The translations under genes were made by a program, and so were the position numbers. From positions 104,835 to 168,834 of the forward strand of contig QCGD01000002.1 of the NCBI GenBank assembly GCA_003280025.1: DNA of 64,000 bases. Reading direction: 5' to 3'. The DNA is from Prochlorococcus sp. AG-363-P06. GTDB taxonomy: Bacteria > Cyanobacteriota > Cyanobacteriia > PCC-6307 > Cyanobiaceae. Positions 32,922 through 44,014 of the stretch are shown here, piece by piece. How positions within the stretch are numbered: the stretch's first letter is position 1; every line of letters begins with the position of its first letter. Under the pieces are notes generated by a model, which did not search any database, was not told where the DNA came from, and saw only the letters and a list, made by a program, of their open reading frames with translations.

Positions 32922-33623
32922 TTATTTAATTTTCTCAAATTCAATCAATTTAGAAAAATAAAAAGGGGCTTGATTTAATTTGTTTCTAACTACAGAAAAT
33001 CCTTTTTCATTAGCAGCATTAATAATGCCCTTTTCTCTTAATGTATAGGCTCTTGTGGTTTTACTTGGTCCTGGAAATAATTTACCTATATTTTTTAGAA
33101 TAGCAAGAACTGGAGTATAAGGAGCAAAACTAACAATTAGCTTTTCTTTACTTAAATCGCATAGATGTTTTACCATTTCCTCCGCAACTGGTTGAGGATA
33201 ATGAATAAATACATCTAAACAAATGACAACATCAAATAATCCTCTTAATTGTTCCAGATCACAGGTTTCAAATTTTATTTTTCTTTGATTGAGCCCTAAT
33301 TCCTTAATACGTTTCTTTGTTTCTTTAATCATTTCAGAAGAAATATCGCTTACCTGCAAATCTTGTATACCAAGTCTTAATAAAGGAATTGCTAGACTTC
33401 CAACACCACACCCCGCATCACAAAAACTTTTTTTTGTTAGTTCAGGATAGTTTTTTATATATGAAATTACATCATCGACAGTCTTTTGATGACCTTTTCT
33501 AATGTTTTTCTGAACTGTATTAATTTCATCAGATTTGCTATAAATTTTGTTCCATCGATCAAAGCCAGTACCATTGAAATACTCCCTAACCTCGCTTTTC
33601 TCTAGAATTTTTTTAGACGTCAT
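32922..33623 (-). CDS. chlM: Magnesium-protoporphyrin IX O-methyltransferase
   Basis: Has YFNGTGFDRWNKIYS, the SAM motif DAGCGVGSL, and a C-terminal ApFYFS.L.EF. Confidence 0.9.
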   Translation of the reverse strand: MTSKKILEKSEVREYFNGTGFDRWNKIYSKSDEINTVQKNIRKGHQKTVDDVISYIKNYPELTKKSFCDAGCGVGSLAIPLLRLGIQDLQVSDISSEMIKETKKRIKELGLNQRKIKFETCDLEQLRGLFDVVICLDVFIHYPQPVAEEMVKHLCDLSKEKLIVSFAPYTPVLAILKNIGKLFPGPSKTTRAYTLREKGIINAANEKGFSVVRNKLNQAPFYFSKLIEFEKIK

Positions 33624-33714
33624 AATATTTTATAGAGATTTTATTCTTTTCAATACTAACCAACTGGCGCTCAAGTAATTGCACGCCATTATAGGAAAGA
33701 ATTGATTTGTTATT

Positions 33715-34251
33715 TTGTCAGACTTAAATTTTACAGATATTTATAAGATTGCTGTCGTAATGGGTAGTGATTCAGATCTACAAACATTGAAACCTGCACT
33801 AGATATTTTGAAAGAATTTGGCATAGAAACTGAGGTTTGCATACTTTCTGCCCACAGAACACCTATTGAAATGATGGAATATGCAAAAAATGCAGAATCA
33901 GAAAATGTAAAAGTAATCATTGCTGGCGCAGGGGGTGCTGCTCATCTTCCAGGAATGTTGGCTTCTTTAACTTCCATTCCTGTTATAGGAGTACCTGTAG
34001 AAAGCAAGACACTTAAGGGGATCGACTCTTTATTATCAATTGTTCAAATGCCTGCTGGGATACCAGTAGCAACAGTTGCCATTAATGGGGGACAAAATGC
34101 AGGTTTATTGGCAATAGAAATAATTAGTTTATTTGATCAATCTATACAAGTAAAATTGAAACAATTTAGAGACAACCTTCATAAACAGGTAAGAGCTAAA
34201 AATAGTAAGTTATTCTCTATAGGAGCAGAAAATTATCTAAACAATCAGTAA
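33715..34251 (+). CDS. purE: N5-carboxyaminoimidazole ribonucleotide mutase
   Basis: TTG start. Has VVMGSDSDL, SAHRTP, AGGAAHLPGM and PVIGVP. Confidence 0.9.
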   Translation: MSDLNFTDIYKIAVVMGSDSDLQTLKPALDILKEFGIETEVCILSAHRTPIEMMEYAKNAESENVKVIIAGAGGAAHLPGMLASLTSIPVIGVPVESKTLKGIDSLLSIVQMPAGIPVATVAINGGQNAGLLAIEIISLFDQSIQVKLKQFRDNLHKQVRAKNSKLFSIGAENYLNNQ

Positions 34252-34259
34252 AATTATAT

Positions 34260-34886
34260 TCATTTCGCCTTAGTAATTAAATTCTCTTGTTTAAGGTAAT
34301 TTATAATTTGTTGAACTGACTCATTTAAATCTAAAGAACCTGTATCAACAACAATTTCTGGATTTTCGGGAGCTTCATATGGGCTTGAAATCCCTGTAAA
34401 ATCTTTAATTTCTCCCAAACGGGCTTTTTTATATAAACCCTTAGTATCCCTTTTTTCACATACTTTGATATCTGCAGCACAATATACTTCAATAAAATCC
34501 TGTGATCCAATAATTTTTCTGACCTTATTTCTATCACTAATGAAAGGTGAAACAAAGGCTGTAATAGTTATTATTCCAGCATTCATAAATAAATTCGCAA
34601 CTTCTCCAATTCTTCTTATATTTTCCTCTCTATCTTCATCTGAAAAACCAAGATCTTTACATAAACCATGCCTAATATTATCTCCATCCAAAACATAAGT
34701 TGATAAACCATCTAGGTGTAACACTTCATTTAAAGCGTTAGCCAAAGTACTTTTACCAGAACCGGATAACCCCGTAAACCATATAACCATTCCTTTATGA
34801 CCTCTCATTTTCTCTAACTTATCTCTATCAATAGTTAAATTGTGCCACTTTATATTCCCTGAATTTGTTTGATTTTGTTCTTTCAT
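34260..34886 (-). CDS. cysC: Adenylyl-sulfate (APS) kinase
   Basis: P-loop WFTGLSGSGKST, LDGDN.RHGL..DLGFS..DR.ENIRR, and a FVSPF motif. Confidence 0.9.
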   Translation of the reverse strand: MKEQNQTNSGNIKWHNLTIDRDKLEKMRGHKGMVIWFTGLSGSGKSTLANALNEVLHLDGLSTYVLDGDNIRHGLCKDLGFSDEDREENIRRIGEVANLFMNAGIITITAFVSPFISDRNKVRKIIGSQDFIEVYCAADIKVCEKRDTKGLYKKARLGEIKDFTGISSPYEAPENPEIVVDTGSLDLNESVQQIINYLKQENLITKAK

Positions 34887-34928
34887 TTTTGATGGTTTGA
34901 AATTTAAAGACTTATCCTAACTCTAGAT

Positions 34929-35240
34929 TCAAAAATTTTGAAATCCCTCTTTACGGAGAAAATCAATTGCTTTAATTACCATGTCCCCTTGTAACTGAAT
35001 ATTATTATCGATTAATGTCCCTCCAGTTCCACAAAAAACTTTCATTTTTTTAAGCAAATCTTTTATTTGATATTCATTTTCAATCCCTAAACCTTTTATT
35101 AAGGTAATAGTCTTACCTTTTTTCCCTTTTTTTTGTTTTAAAACATTGATTTTTGAAATTTCCCTAGAATCATCTGATTTAATTTTTTCTTCATATTTGT
35201 TTTCCTGATTATCAAATTCGATCCAATTTTTCTTTTTCAT
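34929..35240 (-). CDS. SUI1/eIF1-family translation initiation factor (YciH-like)
   Basis: 103 aa with KGKKGKTITLIKGL ... LKK.K..CGTGGT ... IQLQGD. Confidence 0.8.
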   Translation of the reverse strand: MKKKNWIEFDNQENKYEEKIKSDDSREISKINVLKQKKGKKGKTITLIKGLGIENEYQIKDLLKKMKVFCGTGGTLIDNNIQLQGDMVIKAIDFLRKEGFQNF

Positions 35241-35287
35241 TATTTTTAATATAATCTATAGTTAGTTAATACTTATTCTATAGAAAA

Positions 35288-36532
35288 TTGGTAAGTACAT
35301 TTTCTCGTCCAAATCAAAATTATAAAAATGATGATTTAAATCAACCTTCTAAAGAAGGAAGATTTGGAAAATATGGTGGTCAATATGTTCCTGAAACGTT
35401 AATGCCTGCCCTTTTTGAACTTGAAGAAGCTGCAGCAAATGCATGGAAAGATGAACAATTTATAAAAGAATTAAATCATTTGCTTAAGACTTATGTAGGA
35501 AGAGAAACACCACTATATGAAGCTAAAAGACTAACTGAACATTACAAAACTAACAAAGCGACTGCAAGAATATGGCTTAAAAGAGAAGATTTAAATCATA
35601 CTGGTGCTCACAAAATCAATAATGCCTTAGGACAAGCTTTACTAGCTATAAGAATGGGTAAAAAAAGGATAATAGCAGAAACAGGTGCTGGTCAACATGG
35701 GGTTGCAACTGCTACCGTTTGTGCAAGATTTGGCCTGAAATGCGTTATATATATGGGAGCTGAGGATATAAAAAGGCAATCCCTCAACGTCTTTAGAATG
35801 AAACTATTGGGAGCGGAAGTTAAAGTTGTTAATTCTGGTACTGCAACACTTAAAGACGCTACTAGTGAAGCTATTAGAGATTGGGTATCTAATGTCGAAA
35901 CTACTCACTACATTTTAGGATCTGTTGCTGGTCCACACCCTTTTCCAATGATTGTCCGAGATTTTCATTCAGTTATAGGAGAAGAAGCTAAAAAACAATG
36001 TTCTGAATCTTTTGGATCCTTACCCGATATTTTAATTGCTTGTGTAGGTGGTGGATCAAATGCCATGGGTCTTTTCCATCCTTTTGTTAAGGAAAAATCA
36101 GTTAGACTAATTGGAGTTGAAGCTGCTGGTAGCGGAGTTGAGACTGACAAACATGCTGCAACTATAACTAAAGGTTCAGTAGGAATTTTACATGGATCAA
36201 TGAGTCTTCTCTTGCAAGATGAAAATGGTCAAGTACAAGAAGCTCACTCAATCAGTGCAGGACTAGATTATCCAGGAGTAGGGCCTGAACATAGTCATTT
36301 AAAGGATATAGGTAGAGCAGAATATGGATCAGTTACAGATCAGGAAGCTTTAGACTCCTTGAGACTTGTTAGTGAACTTGAAGGTATTATACCTGCACTT
36401 GAGACCGCCCATGCCTTTGCTTGGTTAGAAAAATTATGTCCCACTCTCGACAAAGATAGTCAAATAGTAATTAATTGCTCTGGGAGAGGTGACAAAGATG
36501 TGAATACCGTTGCATCTTCATTAAATATTTAA
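35288..36532 (+). CDS. trpB: Tryptophan synthase beta chain
   Basis: TTG start. Has [40 protein letters not shown] and GGGSNA.G.F. Confidence 0.95.
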   Translation: MVSTFSRPNQNYKNDDLNQPSKEGRFGKYGGQYVPETLMPALFELEEAAANAWKDEQFIKELNHLLKTYVGRETPLYEAKRLTEHYKTNKATARIWLKREDLNHTGAHKINNALGQALLAIRMGKKRIIAETGAGQHGVATATVCARFGLKCVIYMGAEDIKRQSLNVFRMKLLGAEVKVVNSGTATLKDATSEAIRDWVSNVETTHYILGSVAGPHPFPMIVRDFHSVIGEEAKKQCSESFGSLPDILIACVGGGSNAMGLFHPFVKEKSVRLIGVEAAGSGVETDKHAATITKGSVGILHGSMSLLLQDENGQVQEAHSISAGLDYPGVGPEHSHLKDIGRAEYGSVTDQEALDSLRLVSELEGIIPALETAHAFAWLEKLCPTLDKDSQIVINCSGRGDKDVNTVASSLNI

Positions 36533-36883
36533 TTAATATCTAGAAATTGTTGAGTCAATATATCTACTCCATCCATCTATTCCTTCTTCCAGGTTCCATA
36601 TTTCGCTCACGATATTATTATCTAGTGACCATTGGCAGAATTTATAACTTCTAATTCCCGCATGACATATAACGACAATTTTTCTATCTAGTAAACCACC
36701 AATTATTTCTTGCACGTATTCAAGAGTTACTTCACTAAGTGGTATATGTAAAAATTCTTGTGAGAAACAAGCTAATTCTAACTCTGACTGTTCTCTTACA
36801 TCAACTATGATTGGATTTTCCTTTTCCGAATTAAACCAATCATTGAGACTATAGGCATCAATAGGTTTAGGATAATTTCCCAA
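36533..36883 (-). CDS. Rhodanese-domain sulfurtransferase
   Basis: 116 aa with active-site loop CHAGIRS, and DVRE upstream. Confidence 0.7.
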   Translation of the reverse strand: MGNYPKPIDAYSLNDWFNSEKENPIIVDVREQSELELACFSQEFLHIPLSEVTLEYVQEIIGGLLDRKIVVICHAGIRSYKFCQWSLDNNIVSEIWNLEEGIDGWSRYIDSTISRY

Positions 36884-36971
36884 TTTAAAGATTAATGATT
36901 TGTTATTAACAATTTAATAAGTAAAGTTGCAAGAGTATGTTTATTGTTAAAAATGAAAATAAAGATTAAGA

Positions 36972-38444
36972 ATGAATTTTAAAGTAATAGCGATAATAAT
37001 ATTATTATCTCTATGTTTTTTTTTTGGTTTTAAGAAAATTTCTAGTTATAGAAATGAGACTTCCAATGAAAATATTGGAGAATTACAAATCCTTAAATAC
37101 CTGCCGGGAGATAATAAATTATTATTTATTTCAAATTCCCAAAGTTCAAATATTAGAAATAGTGTTGAAACAAACTTCAATAGCAAAAATATAGATGAAA
37201 TTATTCTAATAAAAAATAGTATATTATCTTATTTAGGTATTGATCTTGGTCAAACTAAATTAGAAGATATTTATAATAATGAACTTACTATTTCCACTTA
37301 TAACAATAATAAAAAAGAAAAAGATGATATTTTAATAGTATTAAAAATTAAACCCGAAAAAAATATCAATGATCTATTAAATTTATCTAATCTAATTGAT
37401 CAGAATGATGAGATAATTACAATATATAGAGAAAATAAACTTAATTATTTAAGTTATATTTATCAAACTAATGATGATTATATTATTGCTTCTTCAAATA
37501 AGAAGTTAATTTTCGATTCAATAGAAGCAAGAAATAATTGGAGAGAAACAAAAAATAATTTTTCTGCAGAAATTCTAAGGAATTTTAAAAATGAAAATAA
37601 TATACTATTCACGAAGAAACTTAAAAATAATTTATTTTTAAATAATGAAAATAATATACAAGCTAATGAGGATATTATTGCAACAACATTAGCCTTAGAA
37701 AATAAACGTATAATTATAAAAACATATGTAATAAATAATAAAAAAAATTTAGATATTTTTTCTTATAAGAATTTAATTAATCAGAATGAAATAAACTATG
37801 ATAATTATCAAATATCTATTTACAGTGATTTGAATTCTTCTATTAAGTATTTAAGTCCCTTAATAAATAACTTTGAAAAAAGACTTTTAGAAGAATTAAA
37901 TAAATATTTAACTCAAAATATTCTGTTACTAAATTCTAATCAAGACTGGATAGTTGTATTAGAAAATAATCATCAAAACAATTCAATTATAACTAATATA
38001 AAACAACTCAAAGATTTTAATAAATACAGTTTAGAAAAAAATGATTATATTTATTCAATTTATACAAAAGATATTCTTGAAGAAGAAGAGGAAATAATAA
38101 AACAATCTACTTATAAAGATTTATTTACAATTGAATCTGATAAATTATTTATGATAAGTAATAATTTAATTAAGGATGGAAAAATCAATTCAATATCGGA
38201 AAAATTCTTTGAACTAAATAATAAAAAGGGTGCTAATGATTTTATCTATAAAACATTTGATATCAAGGGATTAGATTCTAAAGAAACTCAATATCTTTCT
38301 TTTTTAAGAAATCTGAATTTTATGTTTAACAATATAATCAATTTTTCCACTTCAGAATTTAAAGAAATTTCAAAACAATCTATCCCAGAGAGAAATCCTC
38401 TAATTTATTCAGAACATAAGATAGACATATTCAATAATATATAA
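36972..38444 (+). CDS. Hypothetical N/I/K-rich protein with an N-terminal transmembrane anchor
   Basis: 490-aa uninterrupted ORF with an N-terminal hydrophobic helix (VIAIIILLSLCFFFGF). I recognise no catalytic motif. Confidence 0.5.
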   Translation: MNFKVIAIIILLSLCFFFGFKKISSYRNETSNENIGELQILKYLPGDNKLLFISNSQSSNIRNSVETNFNSKNIDEIILIKNSILSYLGIDLGQTKLEDIYNNELTISTYNNNKKEKDDILIVLKIKPEKNINDLLNLSNLIDQNDEIITIYRENKLNYLSYIYQTNDDYIIASSNKKLIFDSIEARNNWRETKNNFSAEILRNFKNENNILFTKKLKNNLFLNNENNIQANEDIIATTLALENKRIIIKTYVINNKKNLDIFSYKNLINQNEINYDNYQISIYSDLNSSIKYLSPLINNFEKRLLEELNKYLTQNILLLNSNQDWIVVLENNHQNNSIITNIKQLKDFNKYSLEKNDYIYSIYTKDILEEEEEIIKQSTYKDLFTIESDKLFMISNNLIKDGKINSISEKFFELNNKKGANDFIYKTFDIKGLDSKETQYLSFLRNLNFMFNNIINFSTSEFKEISKQSIPERNPLIYSEHKIDIFNNI

Positions 38445-38547
38445 CGATTTCCTCAATAAAACATTTTTATTTATTTTATATCTTGTGGTTAATTAAAAAT
38501 TATTTGATTATCTTGTATCTATAAGTAATTTATATCGGATTCAGCAA

Positions 38548-39693
38548 TTGGATAGTAACAAACTAATTTTAAAACCAGGACTTGAAGGTGTCCCAGTTAC
38601 TAATTCATCGATATGTGATATTGACGGTGAAAAAGGAGAATTATTATATAGAGGTTATTCAATACAAGAACTTGCACAAAAAAGTAGTTTTTTAGAGACA
38701 GCTTTTTTATTGATCTGGGGAGAATTACCTACAGCTACTCAACTAAGAGATTTTGAACAGGAAGTTCAGATGCATCGCAGATTAAGCTTTAGAGTCAGAG
38801 ATATGATGAAATGTTTCCCTGCTACAGGTCACCCTATGGATGCTCTCCAGTCTAGTGCAGCTTCTTTAGGGCTATTCTACTCAAGAAGGGCGATTGATGA
38901 TCCAAATTATATTTATAACGCAGTAATAAGGCTAATTGCAAAAATTCCAACAATGATTGCAGCCTTCCAACTGATTAGAAAGGGGCAAGACCCTATCCAA
39001 CCTAGAGATGATTTATCATACTCCTCAAATTTTCTCTACATGCTGACTGAAAAAGAACAAGATCCAATAGCTGCAAAAGTGTTTGATAGATGTTTAATTC
39101 TTCATGCAGAGCACAGTTTAAACGCTAGTACATTTAGCGCTAGGGTTACTGCAAGCACTCTTACAGATCCTTATGCCGTTATTGCCTCGGCCGTGGGAAC
39201 CTTAGCTGGCCCTCTACATGGGGGAGCTAATGAGGATGTAATTGCGATGTTAGAAAATATTGAGACTCCTGATAAAGCTGCTTCCTTTATAGAAGGTGCG
39301 ATACAAAATAAAACTAAAATAATGGGCTTTGGTCACCGAGAGTACAAAGTTAAAGATCCCAGAGCAATCATTCTTCAAAAACTAGCGGAGGAACTTTTTA
39401 TAAGATTTGGTGCAGATGAAATGTATGATGTTGCCAAAAAATTAGAAGAAGAAGCAATCCCAAGACTTGGACCAAAAGGTATTTTCCCAAATGTTGACTT
39501 TTATTCCGGTCTCGTTTACAGAAAACTTGGCATTCCGCGAGACTTATTTACTCCAATTTTTGCCATATCCAGAGTCGCGGGTTGGTTAGCACACTGGAGA
39601 GAACAATTAGGAGCAAATAGAATTTTCAGGCCCTCGCAAATCTACACCGGTTCAGCTCCAAGAGATTGGATCAGTTTAGAAAATCGAAAATAA
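38548..39693 (+). CDS. gltA: Citrate synthase
   Basis: TTG start. Has GLEGV, LLYRGY.I..LA, HAEH..NAST, GPLHGGAN and GFGHR.YK..DPR. Confidence 0.93.
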   Translation: MDSNKLILKPGLEGVPVTNSSICDIDGEKGELLYRGYSIQELAQKSSFLETAFLLIWGELPTATQLRDFEQEVQMHRRLSFRVRDMMKCFPATGHPMDALQSSAASLGLFYSRRAIDDPNYIYNAVIRLIAKIPTMIAAFQLIRKGQDPIQPRDDLSYSSNFLYMLTEKEQDPIAAKVFDRCLILHAEHSLNASTFSARVTASTLTDPYAVIASAVGTLAGPLHGGANEDVIAMLENIETPDKAASFIEGAIQNKTKIMGFGHREYKVKDPRAIILQKLAEELFIRFGADEMYDVAKKLEEEAIPRLGPKGIFPNVDFYSGLVYRKLGIPRDLFTPIFAISRVAGWLAHWREQLGANRIFRPSQIYTGSAPRDWISLENRK

Positions 39694-39768
39694 TATTTGT
39701 AGCTTTTCATAAAAAACACACATATTGTTTATGGCGAGTTAATCTATTAAGTAAATAACATCAAAATT

Positions 39769-40887
39769 TTGGAAAACGGATTAGACCTAGAATATATCTT
39801 TAATGAATTCTTAAAGGGTTTAGGCCTTTCAAGTGAAATCGCTCATATAATTTGGCTACCTCTTCCAATGCTTTTGGTTTTAGTTGCAGCAGTGGTTGGA
39901 GTATTAGTAACTGTTTGGCTGGAAAGAAAAATATCTGCTGCAGCTCAACAGAGAATAGGGCCTGAATATGCAGGAGCACTTGGCGTACTTCAACCAATTG
40001 CGGATGGTCTTAAGTTACTCGTAAAAGAGGATATTATTCCAGCTAAAGCTGATTCTATTCTATTCACTGCAGGTCCAATATTGGTTTTAGTGCCAGTTAT
40101 ACTTTCCTGGCTAATAGTACCTTTTGGGCAAGACTTATTAATTAGCAATGTTGGTATTGGAATATTTTTATGGATTGCTTTAAGTAGTATTCAGCCTATT
40201 GGGCTTCTAATGAGCGGATATGCTTCTAATAATAAATACTCATTACTAGGTGGATTACGTGCAGCGGCACAATCTATTAGTTATGAAATACCCTTGGCAT
40301 TATCTGTACTAGCTATTGTGTTAATGACAAATTCTCTAAGTACTATTGATATTGTTAATCAACAAAGCGGAGCGGGGATATTAAGTTGGAATATATGGAG
40401 ACAGCCTATTGGATTCATAATTTTCTGGATATGTGCTCTTGCAGAATGCGAGAGACTTCCATTTGACTTACCAGAAGCGGAGGAAGAATTAGTGGCAGGG
40501 TATCAAACTGAATATGCTGGAATGAAATTCGCATTATTCTATTTAGGTAGTTACATAAATTTAATTCTTTCAGCGTTATTAGTTTCTATACTTTACTTAG
40601 GGGGTTGGGCTTTGCCTATTCCTGTTGAGATAATAGCTAAATTTCTAAATATCCCACTTAATGCTCCTTTAATACAAGTTTTTACTGCTTCAATAGGAAT
40701 TGTAATGACTGTTCTTAAGGCATATGTTTTAGTATTTATTGCAATATTATTACGTTGGACAACCCCAAGAGTAAGAATAGATCAACTACTAGACTTAGGC
40801 TGGAAGTTCCTTCTACCAATTTCTCTTGCTAATCTTTTGTTAACTGCAGGATTAAAACTTGCTTTACCCCAATTCTTTGGTGGTTAA
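39769..40887 (+). CDS. ndhA: NAD(P)H-quinone oxidoreductase subunit 1
   Basis: TTG start. NuoH/NdhA pattern with ER.K..A..Q.R.GP, and [22 protein letters not shown]. Confidence 0.93.
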   Translation: MENGLDLEYIFNEFLKGLGLSSEIAHIIWLPLPMLLVLVAAVVGVLVTVWLERKISAAAQQRIGPEYAGALGVLQPIADGLKLLVKEDIIPAKADSILFTAGPILVLVPVILSWLIVPFGQDLLISNVGIGIFLWIALSSIQPIGLLMSGYASNNKYSLLGGLRAAAQSISYEIPLALSVLAIVLMTNSLSTIDIVNQQSGAGILSWNIWRQPIGFIIFWICALAECERLPFDLPEAEEELVAGYQTEYAGMKFALFYLGSYINLILSALLVSILYLGGWALPIPVEIIAKFLNIPLNAPLIQVFTASIGIVMTVLKAYVLVFIAILLRWTTPRVRIDQLLDLGWKFLLPISLANLLLTAGLKLALPQFFGG

Positions 40888-40956
40888 TTTTAAGTAAATA
40901 TACTTAAAATTAAAATGAATCCACTAAACTACAATAATTAAGTAAATTCTTTACAG

Positions 40957-41583
40957 ATGAAAGATTTTCTTCAAAAAGTAAATAGTTATATTAAAGAGGC
41001 TTTAAGTGCCGCCAAATATTTATATAACGGCTTCTCCGTAACGTTTGATCATCTTCGCAGGAGACCAGTAACTGTCCAATATCCTTATGAGAAGTTAATC
41101 CCTTCTGAAAGATATAGAGGCAGAATACATTATGAATTTGATAAATGTATAGCATGTGAAGTTTGTGTGAGAGTTTGTCCGATAAATTTACCTGTAGTTG
41201 ACTGGGTAATGAACAAAGAAACCAAAAAGAAAGAACTTAGAAATTATTCTATAGACTTTGGTGTTTGCATTTTTTGCGGAAATTGTGTCGAATTTTGCCC
41301 TACGAATTGCCTATCAATGACTGAGGAATATGAATTAGCCGCATTTGATCGACATAATTTAAATTTCGATAATATTGCACTTGGCCGACTACCTACAAAT
41401 GTCACTACAGATCCTTCAGTCAAACCCTTAAAAGAACTTGCTTATTTACCCAAAGGAGTTATGGACCCTCACGAAATATCACCTTCAGATCCCCGAGTTG
41501 GTAAACTTCCTGAAGAAGTTTATGATTGGATGAAACCAGTTTCAAATGAGACAAAAGCTAAGGCTGTTAAAACAAATAATTAA
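40957..41583 (+). CDS. ndhI: NAD(P)H-quinone oxidoreductase subunit I
   Basis: Two 4Fe-4S ferredoxin motifs ([24 protein letters not shown]). Confidence 0.93.
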   Translation: MKDFLQKVNSYIKEALSAAKYLYNGFSVTFDHLRRRPVTVQYPYEKLIPSERYRGRIHYEFDKCIACEVCVRVCPINLPVVDWVMNKETKKKELRNYSIDFGVCIFCGNCVEFCPTNCLSMTEEYELAAFDRHNLNFDNIALGRLPTNVTTDPSVKPLKELAYLPKGVMDPHEISPSDPRVGKLPEEVYDWMKPVSNETKAKAVKTNN

Positions 41584-41595
41584 TCTCATAAAATC

Positions 41596-42195
41596 ATGTC
41601 AATAGCAATCATCACACAATTAATTTGTTTTTCAATATTATCCTTAGTTGTCATAATTGGAGCATTAGGAGTAGTACTACTGGAAAGTATTGTTTATTCA
41701 GCTTTTCTGCTTTGTGGCGTATTTTTAAGTGTTGCAGGTTTATATCTTCTTCTAAATGCAAGTTTTGTTGCTGCAGCACAAGTCTTAGTATATGTAGGAG
41801 CAGTAAATGTCCTGATAATTTTTGCAATAATGCTTGTTAATAAAAAAGAAGATTTTAAACCTATAGAGAATCTCAATTCAAGAAGAATTATATCAACAGC
41901 AATTTGTTTAACTCTACTGAGCCTCTTAATTAGAGTGGATTTATCAAACGTATGGATCATAGCAAGCCCTAATAGCTCCATAGGAGAAGAATCTACATAT
42001 AGAATTGGTGAACATTTATTCAGTGATTATTTACTACCTTTCGAGGTAGCATCTGTATTATTATTGATGGCAATGATTGGAGCAATAGTTTTAGCTAGAA
42101 AAGATGTTATGAATCAAGATATTTCAACAGGATTACCTGTCGATCAAGAGTTAATTGAGAAAACAAAGGAGCCTTTTCTAATCAACAAGAATTAA
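41596..42195 (+). CDS. ndhG: NAD(P)H-quinone oxidoreductase subunit 6
   Basis: 199-aa NuoJ-like membrane protein ([21 protein letters not shown]) in the ndhA-I-G-E order. Confidence 0.9.
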   Translation: MSIAIITQLICFSILSLVVIIGALGVVLLESIVYSAFLLCGVFLSVAGLYLLLNASFVAAAQVLVYVGAVNVLIIFAIMLVNKKEDFKPIENLNSRRIISTAICLTLLSLLIRVDLSNVWIIASPNSSIGEESTYRIGEHLFSDYLLPFEVASVLLLMAMIGAIVLARKDVMNQDISTGLPVDQELIEKTKEPFLINKN

Positions 42196-42215
42196 TTCTC
42201 AAATTTTTTTTAATC

Positions 42216-42536
42216 ATGAATCTAGAATCTATACCATTACAAGCCTTTTTAATTGTATCTTCAATATTATTTTGTATTGGAATTTGGGGATTATTAAATA
42301 GTAGAAATGCGGTAAGAGTTTTAATGTGCATAGAGTTAATGCTTAATGCCGTTAATATCAATTTGATGGCCTTTTCTTCTTTTGTAGATAACAACTTAAT
42401 TCAAGGGCAGGTTTTTACGATTTTCGTGATTACCGTTGCAGCAGCAGAAGCCGCTGTTGGTTTAGCAATATTATTATCTCTTTATAGAAACAGAGTCACT
42501 GTAGATATGGAAAGTTTTAACTTATTAAAGTGGTGA
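42216..42536 (+). CDS. ndhE: NAD(P)H-quinone oxidoreductase subunit 4L
   Basis: 106-aa NuoK-like protein ([21 protein letters not shown]). Confidence 0.9.
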   Translation: MNLESIPLQAFLIVSSILFCIGIWGLLNSRNAVRVLMCIELMLNAVNINLMAFSSFVDNNLIQGQVFTIFVITVAAAEAAVGLAILLSLYRNRVTVDMESFNLLKW

Positions 42537-42550
42537 AAATATTAAATTAA

Positions 42551-43453
42551 GTGAAGCTTTCATTGGTTCTTATTATTTATCGTTCCAATAGTTCTATCGC
42601 TTTAGATTCATCTATTTTTTGTAGAAAAGCTTTTAAAGAGAAAAATATTAAATCCCATACGATAGAGAGTGATTTCACTAATGAGGAAATAGATAATTTC
42701 CTTCGTCAAACGCAATCTCTGCCTGAATTAGTAATCGTTCTTGGTGGAGATGGCACCGTGCTCAAATGCGCTAACGCTTTAGTAAATTATAATATTCCTT
42801 TACTTTGTTTCAACATTGGAGGTAACTTAGGATTTCTCACACACAAGAAAGAATTTTTATTTGATAAATCTTTTATTGAAATTTTAGAAAAAGAAGAATT
42901 TATTATTGATTCAAGAAACATGCTTAAATGTAAAATTCTTGATAGAGAAAACAACATCATAAAAAGCTACTACGCATTAAATGATTTCTATTTTAAATCT
43001 GTTGAAGAGGAAATTTCACCTACAAATCAAATAGAAATTGAAATAGATACTGAAAAAGTAAATGAGTACAAAGGCGATGGGTTGATTATTGCTTCTTCAA
43101 CTGGATCTACAGCATATTCTATGGCCGCGGGGGGGCCAATAGTTCATCCTTCAATAGGTGCATTAGTGATAAATCCGATATGTCCTATGAGTTTGGCCAG
43201 TAGGCCAATAATTATCCCTCATACAAGTAATATAATCATTCGAGGTGTGAATATGAGTCAAGGAGCAATTAAGCTTTGGAGAGATGGATCAAAGTGTATG
43301 ACGATAAAACAAAATAATTACTGTGAGATTAGGAAAGGTTCAAAATACTGCAAAATGATTAAATTTAGAAAAAGTATTTCCTACTACAGTACATTAATAC
43401 AAAAACTAGATTGGAAAGGAAATATATCATTAAAAAATAATCTAGACAACTAA
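42551..43453 (+). CDS. nadK: NAD kinase
   Basis: GTG start. Has the GGDGT motif ([10 protein letters not shown]), [31 protein letters not shown]. Confidence 0.85.
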   Translation: MKLSLVLIIYRSNSSIALDSSIFCRKAFKEKNIKSHTIESDFTNEEIDNFLRQTQSLPELVIVLGGDGTVLKCANALVNYNIPLLCFNIGGNLGFLTHKKEFLFDKSFIEILEKEEFIIDSRNMLKCKILDRENNIIKSYYALNDFYFKSVEEEISPTNQIEIEIDTEKVNEYKGDGLIIASSTGSTAYSMAAGGPIVHPSIGALVINPICPMSLASRPIIIPHTSNIIIRGVNMSQGAIKLWRDGSKCMTIKQNNYCEIRKGSKYCKMIKFRKSISYYSTLIQKLDWKGNISLKNNLDN

Positions 43454-43951
43454 ATGGCATTAGAAATAGAAAGAAGATTTCTAGTAAAAAACGATAACTG
43501 GAAAAAATACATCACAAAAAAAACTGTAATTGAACAAGGATACCTTTCATATAAATTAGAAGATTGGATAATTAGAATAAGATTTAATGGAGCAAACTTT
43601 AAAATTGCACTAAAAAAACATATCAAAAATTTTACTAACTTTGAATTTGAATACTTAATACCTAATCATGATGGTGAAAAAATCATGTCAAATCTTACAA
43701 ATACTATTAAAAAGGATAGATTCTTTTTAGAAATTGAAAAAAAGCAATGGATTATAGATTGTTTTAAAGAAAAGAATTTTCCACTTGAGGTTGCAGAAAT
43801 TGAACTTTCCAAAGAGAAAGAAGAATTCACACTCCCATCGTTTGTTTCAAAAGAAATTACTGGCCTTCAACATTTTTCGAATTTCAGTCTCACATCTCAT
43901 CCTTTATCAAAATGGAATAATGATGATTTGAGAACTCTCGAAAATAGCTAG
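43454..43951 (+). CDS. CYTH-domain (triphosphate tunnel metalloenzyme) protein
   Basis: 165 aa with N-terminal EIERRFLV (an ExExK-like signature) and later acidic strands (EFEY, VAEIEL). Starts immediately after the nadK stop. Confidence 0.7.
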   Translation: MALEIERRFLVKNDNWKKYITKKTVIEQGYLSYKLEDWIIRIRFNGANFKIALKKHIKNFTNFEFEYLIPNHDGEKIMSNLTNTIKKDRFFLEIEKKQWIIDCFKEKNFPLEVAEIELSKEKEEFTLPSFVSKEITGLQHFSNFSLTSHPLSKWNNDDLRTLENS

Positions 43952-44014
43952 TCAAATAGACCAGTTTTCCTTTATATTTATTTTATATTTTAAAATTAGA
44001 TTTTAATTCTAGAA

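Noticed and set aside
33665-33688. GC-richer hairpin TGGCG-N14-CGCCA in the chlM/purE divergent spacer, considered as a riboswitch or attenuator element.
   Set aside because: It has only a 5-bp stem, no flanking conserved riboswitch core (no ZTP/pfl-like or purine-like motif), and no U-tract. This is too weak to call.
38515-38528. NtcA-like site GTA-N8-TAA just upstream of gltA.
   Set aside because: The second half-site is TAA, not TAC. It lies only about 20 nt from the start codon, which is wrong geometry for a class II activator site. Such near-matches are expected by chance in AT-rich DNA.
41625-41840. 71-aa Cys-rich alternate-frame ORF inside ndhG ([12 protein letters not shown]...[24 protein letters not shown]), considered as an overlapping peptide gene.
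   Set aside because: It lies entirely within the well-conserved ndhG frame. The Cys richness is explained by TGY codons arising from the frame-shifted reading of Leu/Val/Ala-rich membrane codons. There is no start context or independent support.
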